A stretch of 64,000 nt of DNA, from positions 49,173 to 113,172 of the forward strand of contig CAWJMT010000027.1 of the NCBI GenBank assembly GCA_963844035.1, given 5' to 3'. This DNA comes from an uncultured Gemmatimonadales bacterium. GTDB lineage: Bacteria > Gemmatimonadota > Gemmatimonadetes > Gemmatimonadales > GWC2-71-9. Below, one piece after another: positions 14,038 to 24,786 of this stretch; within the stretch, counting starts at the first letter, position 1; every line of letters begins with the position of its first letter. Below the pieces are notes generated by a model. That model did not search any database and was not told where the DNA came from. It saw only the letters and a list, made by a program, of their open reading frames with translations. The translations under genes and the position numbers were made by a program.

Positions 14038-14111
14038 CGCGGGGTGGAGCAGTCTGGTAGCTCGCCGGGCTCATAACCCGGAGGTCGTGGGTTCAAATCC
14101 CACCCCCGCTA
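14038..14111 (+). tRNA. Initiator tRNA-fMet(CAT)
   Basis: C1 mismatch, GGG/CCC anticodon stem, loop CTCATAA. Confidence 0.95.
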
Positions 14112-14177
14112 TTGAGGCGGAGGGATGCAGGCGGAATGCCGACGGAGCTATTCCGCATCGCGATTCCGCCTTCTCTC

Positions 14178-14251
<74 letters not shown>

Positions 14252-14483
14252 CCTATCCGAGAGAGGGTTGAGACGGACAGGGTACAGGTCGCGGGACCGG
14301 CAACAGCTAGACGCACAGACGGGTAGCGGGTTAACAGGGTGCAGGAGCGAGGAAGGCCCAGCGTCGCTTTTCCCAGTCCCGTGACACTACAACCATCTGT
14401 CCGTCTACACGTCTAGTCTTTGCTCTTCCTGTCCACGGCGACTGCGAACCTGTAGACTGATTCCCAGTTAGTGTTCGAGGCGG

Positions 14484-14557
14484 GCGCCCATAGCTCAACT
14501 GGATAGAGCGTTTGGCTACGGACCAAAAGGCTGGGGGTTCGACTCCCTCTGGGCGCA
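14484..14557 (+). tRNA. tRNA-Arg(ACG)
   Basis: Cloverleaf, loop CTACGGA. Confidence 0.95.
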
Positions 14558-14765
14558 CTAAATGCCTGCACGGAAGAAGGACGAAGGTGGTCGGTGGTGG
14601 GGAGTAGGAAAGGCAAAGCTAGACGTATAGACGTCTAGGGGTGAACAGTGTGAAGTGAATGGGAAGGCTTCCCACTCACTCGCGACTATTCACCGCTGTC
14701 CGTCTGTACGTCTAGGATGGCAGGTCCTGGTTTACTGTTCACCGTAAACTGTTCGTAGGTTTTTC

Positions 14766-14842
<77 letters not shown>

Positions 14843-14848
14843 GAGTAA

Positions 14849-14886
14849 CAATGCTCGATAGCCAGTCAGGCTGTCGAGCATTTTTT
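14849..14886 (+). terminator. Intrinsic terminator after the tRNA operon
   Basis: AATGCTCGATAGCC-loop-GGCTGTCGAGCATT followed by a T run. Confidence 0.8.
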
Positions 14887-14918
14887 CGTCGATACACCTC
14901 CTTGTACCTATGGCGCGC

Positions 14919-15280
14919 TCATAGGTCTTCAGCACAGTGATACTTCACACACGTCGATTGTGAGTAGACGATCGCTCCGATTACCGCGGACATGCCGACC
15001 CCCATCGCGATCGTCTTACTCTTACTCACGTCTCGGATGGCTACCTCTGACATGTCCGAGAAAGCCATGGCGTAGCGTTTTCCCGGTAGCGGCCCACTAG
15101 GCTGTCGTCTCTGGTGATTGGCTCCTTGATCACGATGTAATACCCACTGGGCCGAGTGATGCGAACGACGTCGGGTTCATTAAACGAGATCACGTCCTTG
15201 GGGCTGAATGTCGAGACGCGCCAGCTCGTGCAGGCTGAGAGAGAGACGAGGAACAGCAGACAAACAAGGCGTAGACGCAT
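14919..15280 (-). CDS. Small lipoprotein, paralog 1 (frameshift near 15080)
   Basis: LSAC lipobox, VVRITR, C-terminal TM and a Cys pair. Confidence 0.6.
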
Positions 15281-15334
15281 GATTCAACTCCTGTCGGTCG
15301 GGGCCGTGGGGCCGTTGCTCGGGCGAGACCTCTT

Positions 15335-15734
15335 CTAGTTGGGTCCCCCGACGTGGTGCGCTGACAGATCGTCTATAGGACAGTTCTGCTTGACATCGCA
15401 GGGCAATAGATCATAGGTGACCGCTGAGAGCGACGCGATTGCGACCGCTAGCGCGATCGTCCTGCTCTCACTGACCTTCTGGGTCGCAACCTGCGTGACG
15501 TCCGCGAACGCGAGGTTGGAGTACACTCCGTCTGTGGAAGCCCGCCAAGCTGTCACTCCCGACGACTCGCGGCTGCTTAACAACCATGAGCGAGCCGTCG
15601 GCCCGAGTCAGACGCATTGATTTCGGGTGTTCTGCGGCGATGAGTTCTTTCAGGGTGATTCCTTCCCTCACATACCAGTCCGTGCACGCGGGGAGAGAGA
15701 CGAGCAGCAGCAGACAAACAAGGCGTAGAAGCAT
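15335..15734 (-). CDS. Small lipoprotein, paralog 2 (frameshifted)
   Basis: LPAC lipobox, MRLTRADGS, GVYSNLAFADV, TM, CDVKQNC. Confidence 0.65.
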
Positions 15735-15769
15735 GGTTCACCTCCTGACGTTGAGCATTCTTCTCGAGC

Positions 15770-16174
15770 CTAGTCCCTAGTTGGGTCCCCGACGTGCTGC
15801 GCTGACAGAGCGTCAGGACCGCAGTTCTGCCAAAAATCACATGGCAATACCGCATAAGCGGCCGCCGCACTAGCAGCCGCAATCGCAGCCGTTAGCGCGA
15901 TCGTCTTGCTCGAGCTGCTAATTCGGATTTCAACATGCACGACGTCCGCGACCGCGAGGTTGGAGTACACTCCGTTGTGGAAACCCGCCACGCTGTCACT
16001 CCCGACTAATAGCGGCTGGTTGACAACCACACGCGAGCCGTCAGCCCGGGTGAGGCGCACTACGTTCGGGTGCTCCGTAACAATGAGTTCTTTCAGACTG
16101 ATCCCCCTCAAATGCCAGGTCGTGCAAGCGGGGAGAGAGACGAGGAGCAGCAGACAAACAATGGGTAGACGCAT
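15770..16174 (-). CDS. Small lipoprotein, paralog 3
   Basis: CAGGAGG RBS, LPAC lipobox, VRLTRADGS, CDFWQNC. Confidence 0.7.
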   Translation of the reverse strand: MRLPIVCLLLLVSLPACTTWHLRGISLKELIVTEHPNVVRLTRADGSRVVVNQPLLVGSDSVAGFHNGVYSNLAVADVVHVEIRISSSSKTIALTAAIAAASAAAAYAVLPCDFWQNCGPDALSAQHVGDPTRD

Positions 16175-16475
16175 GGATTACCTCCTGTTGGTCTCAGCCT
16201 AGCGCGGGGTCCCGGGGCGGTAAAGGCCGTCGCCCGGTTGCCCAACCAACCGTATGCTCGCACACCGGTTAGGCCGGTGAGTGTTTCCGGTCTTACGAAC
16301 CTGCCGGCATACGCACATCTTCTAGGTGACCCGAAGGTTTCGGTGTGCAAATGCGCTCGATTCGCTTCGACAACGCCCTCCGCAGTTCCCCGCGTCCTGA
16401 CCCGCAGGGCCCATCGCGTTGCCACGCGCAGTTGCAAACCAGTTGCGTCCCCACCCATGAGAACGGAGGAAACCA

Positions 16476-16883
16476 ATGACGAGATCAGGCGGCAACATCG
16501 GTCACTTCGACGCTACATCACGGCGGGTCGTTGGAACGTGCGTGGTGCTCGCTGGGGCTGGGTCGCTCGGTGGGTTCGTCTCGTCCATGGGTTTCTTGAC
16601 GGGCATTCTCTTCGCGATCATGATCGCGCTCGGCTTTTTCTATATCACGGGCGGCCTGCGCGGGGGTTCCGCGATCTTTGGCTTGGTGCTCATCGCGGTC
16701 GCGGTGGGTGACGCCTGGTTGGCCTTGCACCACGAAGGCGCCTGGGCGCTGCTCGCCGGTGTGATCCTCGGCGCGTACGGATTCGTCACCGCCGAGATGG
16801 GGTGGTGTCCGATCAACAGTCTGTTCCACAAGGACACGCACAACGTGGACCAGGAGTGGGCAACGCCGCACCCCGCTCACTAA
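16476..16883 (+). CDS. DUF2892/YgaP-like membrane protein, copy 1
   Basis: GGAGG RBS, TM helices, GWCPINSLF motif. Confidence 0.7.
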   Translation: MTRSGGNIGHFDATSRRVVGTCVVLAGAGSLGGFVSSMGFLTGILFAIMIALGFFYITGGLRGGSAIFGLVLIAVAVGDAWLALHHEGAWALLAGVILGAYGFVTAEMGWCPINSLFHKDTHNVDQEWATPHPAH

Positions 16884-17034
16884 AGGTCTCACGGTGACGG
16901 GAGGGGGCGGCGTACGGCCGCCCCCTCCCGCTCATGATCGGCTAGTTCCACAAACCTTCTCCCGCGTCAGTTCGGTTCACGTATCATTCATCATGACGCG
17001 ACGCCTGACCCCCCTGATACCGAGCGGTAGCTGA

Positions 17035-18766
17035 GTGCTCCTGTACCTGCTGGCATTTGCGGGCGGGATCCTGACGATCATCAGCCCCTGCATCCTGCCG
17101 GTGCTGCCCTTCGTGTTCTCCCGTGCCGATCAACCGTTCCGGCGCAGTGGCCTCCCACTCCTGGCCGGGATGGTGCTGACGTTCGCGCTCGTGGCGACCG
17201 CGGCCACCGTGGCCGGCGCGTGGGTGGTGCGCGCGAATCAGATCGGCAGAGGACTGGCGATCGTAATGTTCACGGTCCTGGGGCTCGCGCTGCTGTTCCC
17301 GCGCGTGGCCGAATACCTGGCCCGGCCCTTCGTGCGGTTGGGCGGGCGGGTGCAGGTCAAGGAAAACGAGCTCCCCGGTGTCGGAAAGTCGCTGCTGCTC
17401 GGCGTCTCGACGGGCCTGCTCTGGGCACCCTGCGCCGGACCGATCCTCGGGTTGATTCTCACCGGGGCGGCGATTTCAGGTGCCAGCGCCCGCACCGCCC
17501 TGTTGCTGGTCGCGTTTGCCCTTGGGGCCGGATGCTCCCTCGCACTGGCCCTGCTCGCGGGGGCGAAAGTCTTTGCCCTGATGAAACGGTCCCTGGGCAC
17601 GGAAGAATGGATTCGTCGCGGCCTGGGAGTGGCGGTGCTGGTGGGCGTGGTCGCGATTGCCTCGGGGTGGGACACGGGCGTGCTGCGGCGGCTGTCCCTC
17701 GCCGGAACCTCGGGGATCGAGCAGCGCCTGGTCGATCGCGTTCAACCGGTCAAGCTCGTGTCGACAGGCGACTCGACCTTGGCACAGCGGGTGCAGGCGG
17801 CGAACGAAGGGTCGCTCCCGAGCCTCGAGGGCGCGGTCGCGTGGTTGAACTCTCCGCCGCTGACCAGTGAAGGCCTGCGAGGCAAGGTCGTTCTGATCGA
17901 TTTCTGGACCTATTCGTGCATCAATTGCCTGCGGGCGATTCCCTACGTGCAAGCGTGGGCGGAGAAATACCGCGACGATGGCCTGGTGGTCATCGGCGTG
18001 CACACACCGGAGTTCGCCTTCGAGCGAGACCACGACAACGTGGCGAACGCGGTGCGCACTCTCGCCATCACCTACCCCGTCGCGATCGACAACACGTACG
18101 CGATCTGGAAGTTGTTCCACAACATGTACTGGCCGGCCCACTACTTTGTCGACGTGAACGGCACGATTCGCTACCACCACTTCGGAGAGGGCAAGTACGA
18201 CCAGTCCGAGCAGGTGATTCAACTGCTGCTCATGGAGCGGAACGCCAGCCTCAAGGCGAGGGGTCTGGTCGACGTCCGCTCCTCGGGCGCGCAGGCCCCA
18301 GCGGCATTGGGTGACGTACGATCCCCCGAGACCTACATCGGGTTCGGACGGCAAAAGCATCTTGTCTCACCAGAGCCCGTGAAACAGAATGCCGCAGGGC
18401 TGTACACCGCCCCCGGGCAGCTCGGCCTGAACGACTGGGCCCTGGCCGGGAACTGGGAGGTCGGCCGCGAACGCGCGCTGCTCGTGACGCGCGCCGGGCA
18501 GGATCGTGTTTCGATTCCACGCCCGCGACCTGCACCTGGTGTTGGGACCCGGAAAGGACGGCCGGCCGATCCGGTTTCGGGTCCTGGTGGACGGCAAAGC
18601 GCCGCTCGCTGACCACGGCATGGACGTGGACGACCAGGGAAATGGGACCGTGCAGGGATATCGTCTCTACCAGCTGATCCGGCAGCAGGGGAAGATCGAG
18701 GACCGGACCTTTCAGATCGAGTTCCTGGATCCCGGCGTGGAGGCCTTCGCTTTCACCTTCGGCTGA
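17035..18766 (+). CDS. dipZ: DipZ (CcdA/DsbD membrane domain + thioredoxin-like domain; frameshift near 18500)
   Basis: SPCILPVLP, WAPCAGPILG, DFWTYSCINC, GVHTPEF, terminal AFTFG. Confidence 0.92.
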
Positions 18767-18889
18767 CCGCGGGCACTCGCTCGCGGAGGAAAGAAATCGT
18801 CACGTGTTCTTCACGCTCCTTTTCGCGTCGGGCTCGCACCTTCCCTGCGGAAACTGGTGGTACACACGGCCCATGACTCAGGGGGAACA

Positions 18890-19297
18890 ATGGCGCGAAT
18901 CGGTGGAAATATTGGTCACTTCGACGCGGTCTCTCGGCGCGTGGTAGGGGCGCTCGCGGTGCTTGCCGGGCTCGCCTCGCTCAACGGGTTCTTCTGGTCC
19001 ATGGGGTTCCTGACGTGGGTGCTCTTCTCCATGATGATCGCGCTGGGGTTCTTCTACATCACGGGCGGTCTGCGTGGCGGATCGGCGGTCTTCGGTATGC
19101 TGCTGATCGCGTTCACGGTGGTCGATGGTTGGCTCGCCTTGCACCACCATGGCGCGTGGGCGCTGCTGATCGGCGTGGTCGCGGCAGCGGTCGGGTACAT
19201 TACCGCGGAGATCGGCTGGTGTCCGATCAATGCCCTGTTTGGGAAGGACACGCACAAGGTAGACGCGGAGTGGGGGACGCCGCACCCGGCGCACTAG
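18890..19297 (+). CDS. DUF2892/YgaP-like membrane protein, copy 2
   Basis: Clear paralog of 16476-16883; GWCPINALF. Confidence 0.7.
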   Translation: MARIGGNIGHFDAVSRRVVGALAVLAGLASLNGFFWSMGFLTWVLFSMMIALGFFYITGGLRGGSAVFGMLLIAFTVVDGWLALHHHGAWALLIGVVAAAVGYITAEIGWCPINALFGKDTHKVDAEWGTPHPAH

Positions 19298-19320
19298 AAG
19301 CGCATAGGGCTCATCCCACG

Positions 19321-19353
19321 CGGCGCGTCGAGTTCAGCTCGACGCGCCGTTTT
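19321..19353 (+). terminator. Intrinsic terminator
   Basis: CGGCGCGTCGAG-TTCAG-CTCGACGCGCCG-TTTT. Confidence 0.75.
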
Positions 19354-19421
19354 GTCACTCCCTACAGGGCATGGAGTACCGCAGCGACCAACCGCCGAGT
19401 AGGTTGCAGCGTCGTCCACGC

Positions 19422-19495
19422 GCGCCAGTAGCTCAGCTGGATAGAGCGTCGGCCTCCGGAGCCGAAGGTCGTGGGTTCGAATCCCGCCTGGCGCA
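19422..19495 (+). tRNA. tRNA-Arg(CCG)
   Basis: Cloverleaf, loop CTCCGGA. Confidence 0.95.
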
Positions 19496-19502
19496 TTTCA
19501 AT

Positions 19503-20909
19503 CTAGAATAAGTCCGGATGCGAGTTCACGGATTTCTTGCCCGTGCGGACCTTGGCTTCGTACAGCACGCGATCGGCCGCCCCGAGCAGCGACTCGACGG
19601 TATCGCCGTCCGCGGGGTACGCCGCCACTCCCACACTCACCGTGAGGCCGGGTTTTTCACTCTCCGCCGCCAGGCGCTCGGCGATGCGGGCGCCCACCAA
19701 CCGAGCCTCCGCGACCTCAGTCTCGGGAAGGATCAGCGCGAACTCGTCACCGCCGAATCGAGCGGCCGTGTCGATGCTGCGAGAGGTGGCCCGTAACACG
19801 TCGCCGAGGCGGCACAGCGCCCGGCTCCCCACCAGGTGGCCGTAGCGGTCGTTAATCTTTTTCAGCCGGTCGAGATCGAGAAACACGATCGCAAACGTCC
19901 GTCCCGACCGCTGCGTTCGCTTGATTTCCGCTTCCACGACGTCGATCAGCTGACGATAGTTCGCGAGTCCGGTGAGCGGATCGCTGATGGCGAGACGCCG
20001 GAGCCGTTCTTCCACATCCTTGCGCTCCGAGACCACCACCCCCAGCGCGAGGGACATGACCGCGGTGACGCCGATGAACGCCTGCAACAGGAGGAGCGAT
20101 TCGTTTTGCGAGTCGCGCGCGAACGGTCCGAACCCGCGCACGGTGCCTGCAATGGCGAATGCCGACAACACGACGACCGCCGCCGCCACCTCGCGTTGCC
20201 CAAAGCGGAACGCCGTCCAGATCAGCACTGGCACGCAGAGAAATTCCAACGGATAGTGGCGGAACGGCGACGCAATCAGACCGTCGAACACGGCGAGACA
20301 CACCACGGCGAGGGCGACGAAGAGGGCGGTGGCTTCGAGTGCCTGACCGCGGTTCCAACCGACTTTGGGATCCGCGTTCCACAGCACCACGACGGGCGCC
20401 ACGACGAGGGCACCTACCGTGTCCCCGAGCCACCAGGTCAGCCAGATACGGCCGAACTGCGACCAGTCGGCAAACCCCGCTACAGACAGAGTCGTCACAC
20501 CGATCGTGGGGCTCACGGTCGTGCTGAGCAAGGCTGCGAGGATGATGAATCGGAATGTGTCGCGGGCGCGCTTGAACGCACCGCGGCCGCTGGCGAACCG
20601 GTTCACCAGGTAGGCGCCCACCAACCCTTCGAGCGTGTTCCCGATGCCGATCCCGAGCGAGGTCGCCACGGAGCCGGCGGTCGTCACGTTCACGAGAAAC
20701 GCGGCGCACAGGATCGCCGGCCAGACGCGATATCCCAGGATGAGAAACGCCGCAAGCGCGATGCCGGTGGGAGGCCACACACCGGTCGCGCTCGCGTGCA
20801 CGAACGCCAACTGCAGCCCGAGCTTGCCCGCAACGAAGTATGCTGCTGCGAACAGCGCCGACTGCCACACCACACGCCACCGGATCAGGGAACCCCTTAC
20901 GACGTCCAT
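19503..20909 (-). CDS. MASE1-GGDEF diguanylate cyclase
   Basis: WPPTGI and WWLGD MASE1 motifs; DPLTGLAN, RFGGDEF. Confidence 0.92.
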   Translation of the reverse strand: MDVVRGSLIRWRVVWQSALFAAAYFVAGKLGLQLAFVHASATGVWPPTGIALAAFLILGYRVWPAILCAAFLVNVTTAGSVATSLGIGIGNTLEGLVGAYLVNRFASGRGAFKRARDTFRFIILAALLSTTVSPTIGVTTLSVAGFADWSQFGRIWLTWWLGDTVGALVVAPVVVLWNADPKVGWNRGQALEATALFVALAVVCLAVFDGLIASPFRHYPLEFLCVPVLIWTAFRFGQREVAAAVVVLSAFAIAGTVRGFGPFARDSQNESLLLLQAFIGVTAVMSLALGVVVSERKDVEERLRRLAISDPLTGLANYRQLIDVVEAEIKRTQRSGRTFAIVFLDLDRLKKINDRYGHLVGSRALCRLGDVLRATSRSIDTAARFGGDEFALILPETEVAEARLVGARIAERLAAESEKPGLTVSVGVAAYPADGDTVESLLGAADRVLYEAKVRTGKKSVNSHPDLF

Positions 20910-21001
20910 CCGACACTTTATGCTTCCTATTGAAAACGGGCGTGACCGCCGTCACGACACTTTCGGCTGCACGATCGCGCGAGCACAAAACGTGGCCGGG
21001 C

Positions 21002-23056
21002 TCACCAGATCTGCGCCCGCAGGCTGTCGGGCTGCACCATCGCGTCTCCATTCACGCACCCGAATGCACGCGCGAACGCCGGGATGTCGGCCAGCGGCCC
21101 GTTGGTGCGCCACTGGCCCGGCGAATGGCTGTCCGTCGTTACCAGCAGATGCGCGAATTCCGGCCGCCGCTGGTTGCGCCAGATCCGCGCCCACGCGAGG
21201 AAGAAACGCTGCTCGGCGGTGAAACCGTCGATCCTGGGCGGCGCCGGTTTCCCGGCGAGCGAGTGCTGCAGCGCCTGATAGGCAATCATCACGCCACCCA
21301 GGTCGGCGATGTTCTCCCCCAGCGTCAGCTTGCCGTTCACGCGCGCCGAATCGACCGCGATGTAGCCCGAGAACTGCCGCTCCACCAGACGCGCGCGCGC
21401 CTGGAACCGCTCACCGTCTTCGGGGGTCCACCAGTCGCGCAGGTTGCCCTCGGCGTCGTATTGCCGCCCGCGGTCGTCGAACCCGTGCGTCATCTCGTGG
21501 CCGATCACGGCACCCATCCCCCCGTAGTTGACCGCGTCGTCCGCGTCGGGATCGAAGAACGGCGGCTGCAGAATGCCGGCCGGGAAGACGATTTCGTTCA
21601 TGGTGGGACTGTAGTACGCGTTGACGGTGGGCGGCGTCATCTGCCATTCGGCCCGGTCCACCGGCCCGCCAATCGTCCCGATGCGGCGCGCGGTTTCGAA
21701 CTCCGTGGCCCTGCGGAGATTCGCAAGGAACGGCCCAACCTCGATCACGAGCCCCGAGTAGTCCCGCCACACGTCGGGGTAGCCGATTTTCGTCCGGAAG
21801 GCGTCGAGCTTGGCGAGCGCCTGGCGGCGGGTGGAATCACTCATCCATTCGAGCGCGGTGAGCCGCTCGCGCAACACCGCCCGCAGCTGTTCCACCATGG
21901 CCAGCGCGCGCACTTTGGCCTGCGGCGAAAACGTCCGCTCGACGTACGCCTGGCCCAGCGCGTGCCCCAGGGACCCGTCCGCACGCGCGAGGCACCGTTT
22001 CCAGCGCGGCAGCTGCTCCTTCACACCGACCAGCACCTGCCGGAATCGAAAGCTCTCGGCGTCGAAGCGCGCACCGAGCCACGGCGCCGCCCACGACACA
22101 AGCCGTGCGCGCAAGTACACGCGCCAGTCGGCGAGCGGCACGGCGGCCAGCAACCGGTTGACCTCCTTGAAGAACCGCGGCTGGGCCACGTTGAGCTCGG
22201 AAATCGGGGGCAGGCCGGCGACGCGAAAGTAGTCGCCCCACGCGAATGCGGGCGCGATCCCCTCGAGCTCCGCGAGCGTCATCTTGTGATACGTGGCTTT
22301 GGGGTCGCGCAGCTCCACGCGGGTCATTGACGCCGTGGCGAGCGCCGTCTCGATGGTCATGCTGGTGCGGGCATCCGCCTGCGCCCGGGCGGCCGGCTCG
22401 CCGAGCAGCTCGAGCAGCCGGGCCAGATGCTCGACGTACGCTTGCCGCAATCGCACCGAGGCCGTATCGGTCTTGGTGTAGTGATCCCGATCCGGCAGTC
22501 CCAGCCCGCCCTGGCTCACGATCGCGATAACCTGCGTGCTCTGCTTGGCATCCTGATCGGCCCGGAAGCCGAACAGGGCCGACACTCCCGCCCGATGCAG
22601 GCGCGCGACCGCGGCGACAAGATCGGTACGGCTGGCGATCGCGTCGATGCGGTCGAGCTCGAGGCTAAGGGGGAGCGCACCGTCCGTGTCCGCGCGCGCC
22701 GAGTCCATGCACGTCGCGTAGAAGATGCCCAGCTTGCGTGTAGGACTCCCCGGGGCCGCGCTCGTGTCGGAGACGGCGGCGTCGAGGATGCGCAGCAAGA
22801 TGGTGTCGTTGCGGTCCCGCAGCTCGTCGAAACTGCTCCAGGCGGGGTACGCGGCGGGGATTGTGGTGCGTGCCCGCCAGCCGCCGGTGGCGTATTGGAA
22901 AAAGTCGCGGCAGGGTGAGCAGGTGGTGTCGAGATCGGCACGACTGAGGGTGCGGGGGGACGGGGACGACTCTACGGGCGGAGTGGAGGGAGCGGGACGG
23001 ACTGTTGGGTGGCTGCAGCCAGCGGCGAGGACGCTCACCGCACTGATCATCTTCAT
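21002..23056 (-). CDS. M13 family metallopeptidase (PepO/neprilysin-like lipoprotein)
   Basis: VNAYY, GHEMTHGFDD, GENIADLGG. Confidence 0.95.
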   Translation of the reverse strand: MKMISAVSVLAAGCSHPTVRPAPSTPPVESSPSPRTLSRADLDTTCSPCRDFFQYATGGWRARTTIPAAYPAWSSFDELRDRNDTILLRILDAAVSDTSAAPGSPTRKLGIFYATCMDSARADTDGALPLSLELDRIDAIASRTDLVAAVARLHRAGVSALFGFRADQDAKQSTQVIAIVSQGGLGLPDRDHYTKTDTASVRLRQAYVEHLARLLELLGEPAARAQADARTSMTIETALATASMTRVELRDPKATYHKMTLAELEGIAPAFAWGDYFRVAGLPPISELNVAQPRFFKEVNRLLAAVPLADWRVYLRARLVSWAAPWLGARFDAESFRFRQVLVGVKEQLPRWKRCLARADGSLGHALGQAYVERTFSPQAKVRALAMVEQLRAVLRERLTALEWMSDSTRRQALAKLDAFRTKIGYPDVWRDYSGLVIEVGPFLANLRRATEFETARRIGTIGGPVDRAEWQMTPPTVNAYYSPTMNEIVFPAGILQPPFFDPDADDAVNYGGMGAVIGHEMTHGFDDRGRQYDAEGNLRDWWTPEDGERFQARARLVERQFSGYIAVDSARVNGKLTLGENIADLGGVMIAYQALQHSLAGKPAPPRIDGFTAEQRFFLAWARIWRNQRRPEFAHLLVTTDSHSPGQWRTNGPLADIPAFARAFGCVNGDAMVQPDSLRAQIW

Positions 23057-23092
23057 AACGCGAAAGCCAGGCACCGGCGAACGTTAGATCGG

Positions 23093-23743
23093 CTAGAATG
23101 CCACCGCCAGTCCGATGCGGGCGAGCGACTGCACGATCGGCACGTTCACTTCGGGACCGCCCGCCGGGTTCGTTTTTCTATCGAAGCGCTGGAAGGAATA
23201 CTGCGCGGACCCCCGAAGCAGGCGCGACCAGCGGACATCCAGCCCAAGGCCGATCTCCAACGCGATCGGAGCACTCCCGCCGCCTGAAAACTGCGCGGCC
23301 GCGAGATAGTCCCCCCGCAACCAGACATCCGCGCCGGGCCCGAGCGGGGCCTGCGTGCGCGCGCCAATGCGCACGGCGCCCACGGACTGCGCGGCGAACT
23401 CGGAATCGGTGGAGCGATTCAGGAGACCGACTTCGAAGCCGAGGTAGTTCAGGGCCTCCCACCGCACCCAGGCGTCGATCAGGGTCGCGCGAAAGCTCTC
23501 GGTGGCCTGGCTGTCGTCGGTGGGATCCATCTGGAGGGACACGAATGACCCTTCCGCCGTGAAGCGGTGGAAGGTGACTCGCGCTGCGGCGCCCGGCCCC
23601 AATCCGCGATAGCGCAGGCCGGCGGCGGCCTCGCGGTATTCGCTCACACCGAATTCCGGACCGAAGGTGACTCGCTGCGCGCCGACGAGGGCCGGCCAGA
23701 CCGCAAGCACCACAGCGGCGAGCAGCGACTGCCGGGGCGTCAC
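23093..23743 (-). CDS. Exported, probably beta-barrel protein
   Basis: Signal peptide, beta-strand pattern, terminal Phe. Confidence 0.55.
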   Translation of the reverse strand: MTPRQSLLAAVVLAVWPALVGAQRVTFGPEFGVSEYREAAAGLRYRGLGPGAAARVTFHRFTAEGSFVSLQMDPTDDSQATESFRATLIDAWVRWEALNYLGFEVGLLNRSTDSEFAAQSVGAVRIGARTQAPLGPGADVWLRGDYLAAAQFSGGGSAPIALEIGLGLDVRWSRLLRGSAQYSFQRFDRKTNPAGGPEVNVPIVQSLARIGLAVAF

Positions 23744-24786
23744 CGCGGGCCTGCGGCTTTGGGCAGCGGCACGACAGCCAGCGTCACCTGGCGGCGCCGC
23801 TCGACGTTCTCTTTCGCGATGTCGGCGTTGCGCTGCGCCAGTTGTTCGCGGAGCAGGCGGTTGTATTGGATATTTCCTTCCACCGGGCGGGGCGCGGGCT
23901 TGCGGAGCGTCATCACCACCCCCGCTCCCAGCGTCACGATGCTTACCGCCGCGAGCTCGCTGGTCGGCGCCTCCCCCAGGGTACCGTCGTTGAGGGCGGC
24001 CGTGCCGGCGGCCGTTCCCGCAACGAACAGCAAGGCGAGCCCCAGTGGGCGCCAGCTCTGCGGCGGCACCTCGGTCTCCGGCATCTCCTGATAACCGGGC
24101 AGGCTCGTCAGGTGAGCCAGCGTGTCCACCGGACTATAGGAGATAGCCACACCCCGGGATGCTGAGTACGTGTTCTGGCCCGCGATCGCCTCGACCACGA
24201 TCAGCCACGAACCGGCCGGGACCGGGGCGCCGTCCGGCAGCAGGGCCGGCCAGCGCAGGCTCACCGTGCCCGTCACGACCGTCGAATCGATCAGCAGCGT
24301 GGTCGCCCCGCTGATCGCGCGCACCTGCACCCGCGCCGGAGTGGTCACGGTAAATCGGAGCGGTACCGCGCCGTGTCCAGCGACGAATCGCGCGCTGTCG
24401 ATTTGCAGCTCCCGCACCACCAGGACCTGTCCCAGGGCCGAGTAGAACAGACTCGTGATCTTGGGTGAGATCCGGGCGGCGTCGAGCTGGCGGTCCGGGT
24501 CGAGCAGGATCGCCTGCTTGAATGCGTCCACCGCCTTGGCCTGCGAATCGGTCGCGCTGTAGGTGAAGCCGAGCAGCTCGTACGCGCGCGCCTGATCGGC
24601 GCCGGTCATGCGCTCGGTGAGCGCGCGCCGGGCCAACGCACCCGCTCGAGCGAAATCCAAGGCGTCGTACGCCTGCATCGCCTGGCGGAGCGTGGCGTTC
24701 CGCGGCGCTTGCGCGCGCAGCACCGCCGGTCCGCCGAGCAACGCGGCACATAGGAGCGTGAGTGTCCACCAGCGCATCGGGATCAT
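23740..24786 (-). CDS. Exported TPR-containing protein
   Basis: Signal peptide; AYELLGFTY...AVDAFKQAILLDPD TPR; two C-terminal TM segments. Confidence 0.65.
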   Translation of the reverse strand: MIPMRWWTLTLLCAALLGGPAVLRAQAPRNATLRQAMQAYDALDFARAGALARRALTERMTGADQARAYELLGFTYSATDSQAKAVDAFKQAILLDPDRQLDAARISPKITSLFYSALGQVLVVRELQIDSARFVAGHGAVPLRFTVTTPARVQVRAISGATTLLIDSTVVTGTVSLRWPALLPDGAPVPAGSWLIVVEAIAGQNTYSASRGVAISYSPVDTLAHLTSLPGYQEMPETEVPPQSWRPLGLALLFVAGTAAGTAALNDGTLGEAPTSELAAVSIVTLGAGVVMTLRKPAPRPVEGNIQYNRLLREQLAQRNADIAKENVERRRQVTLAVVPLPKAAGPR

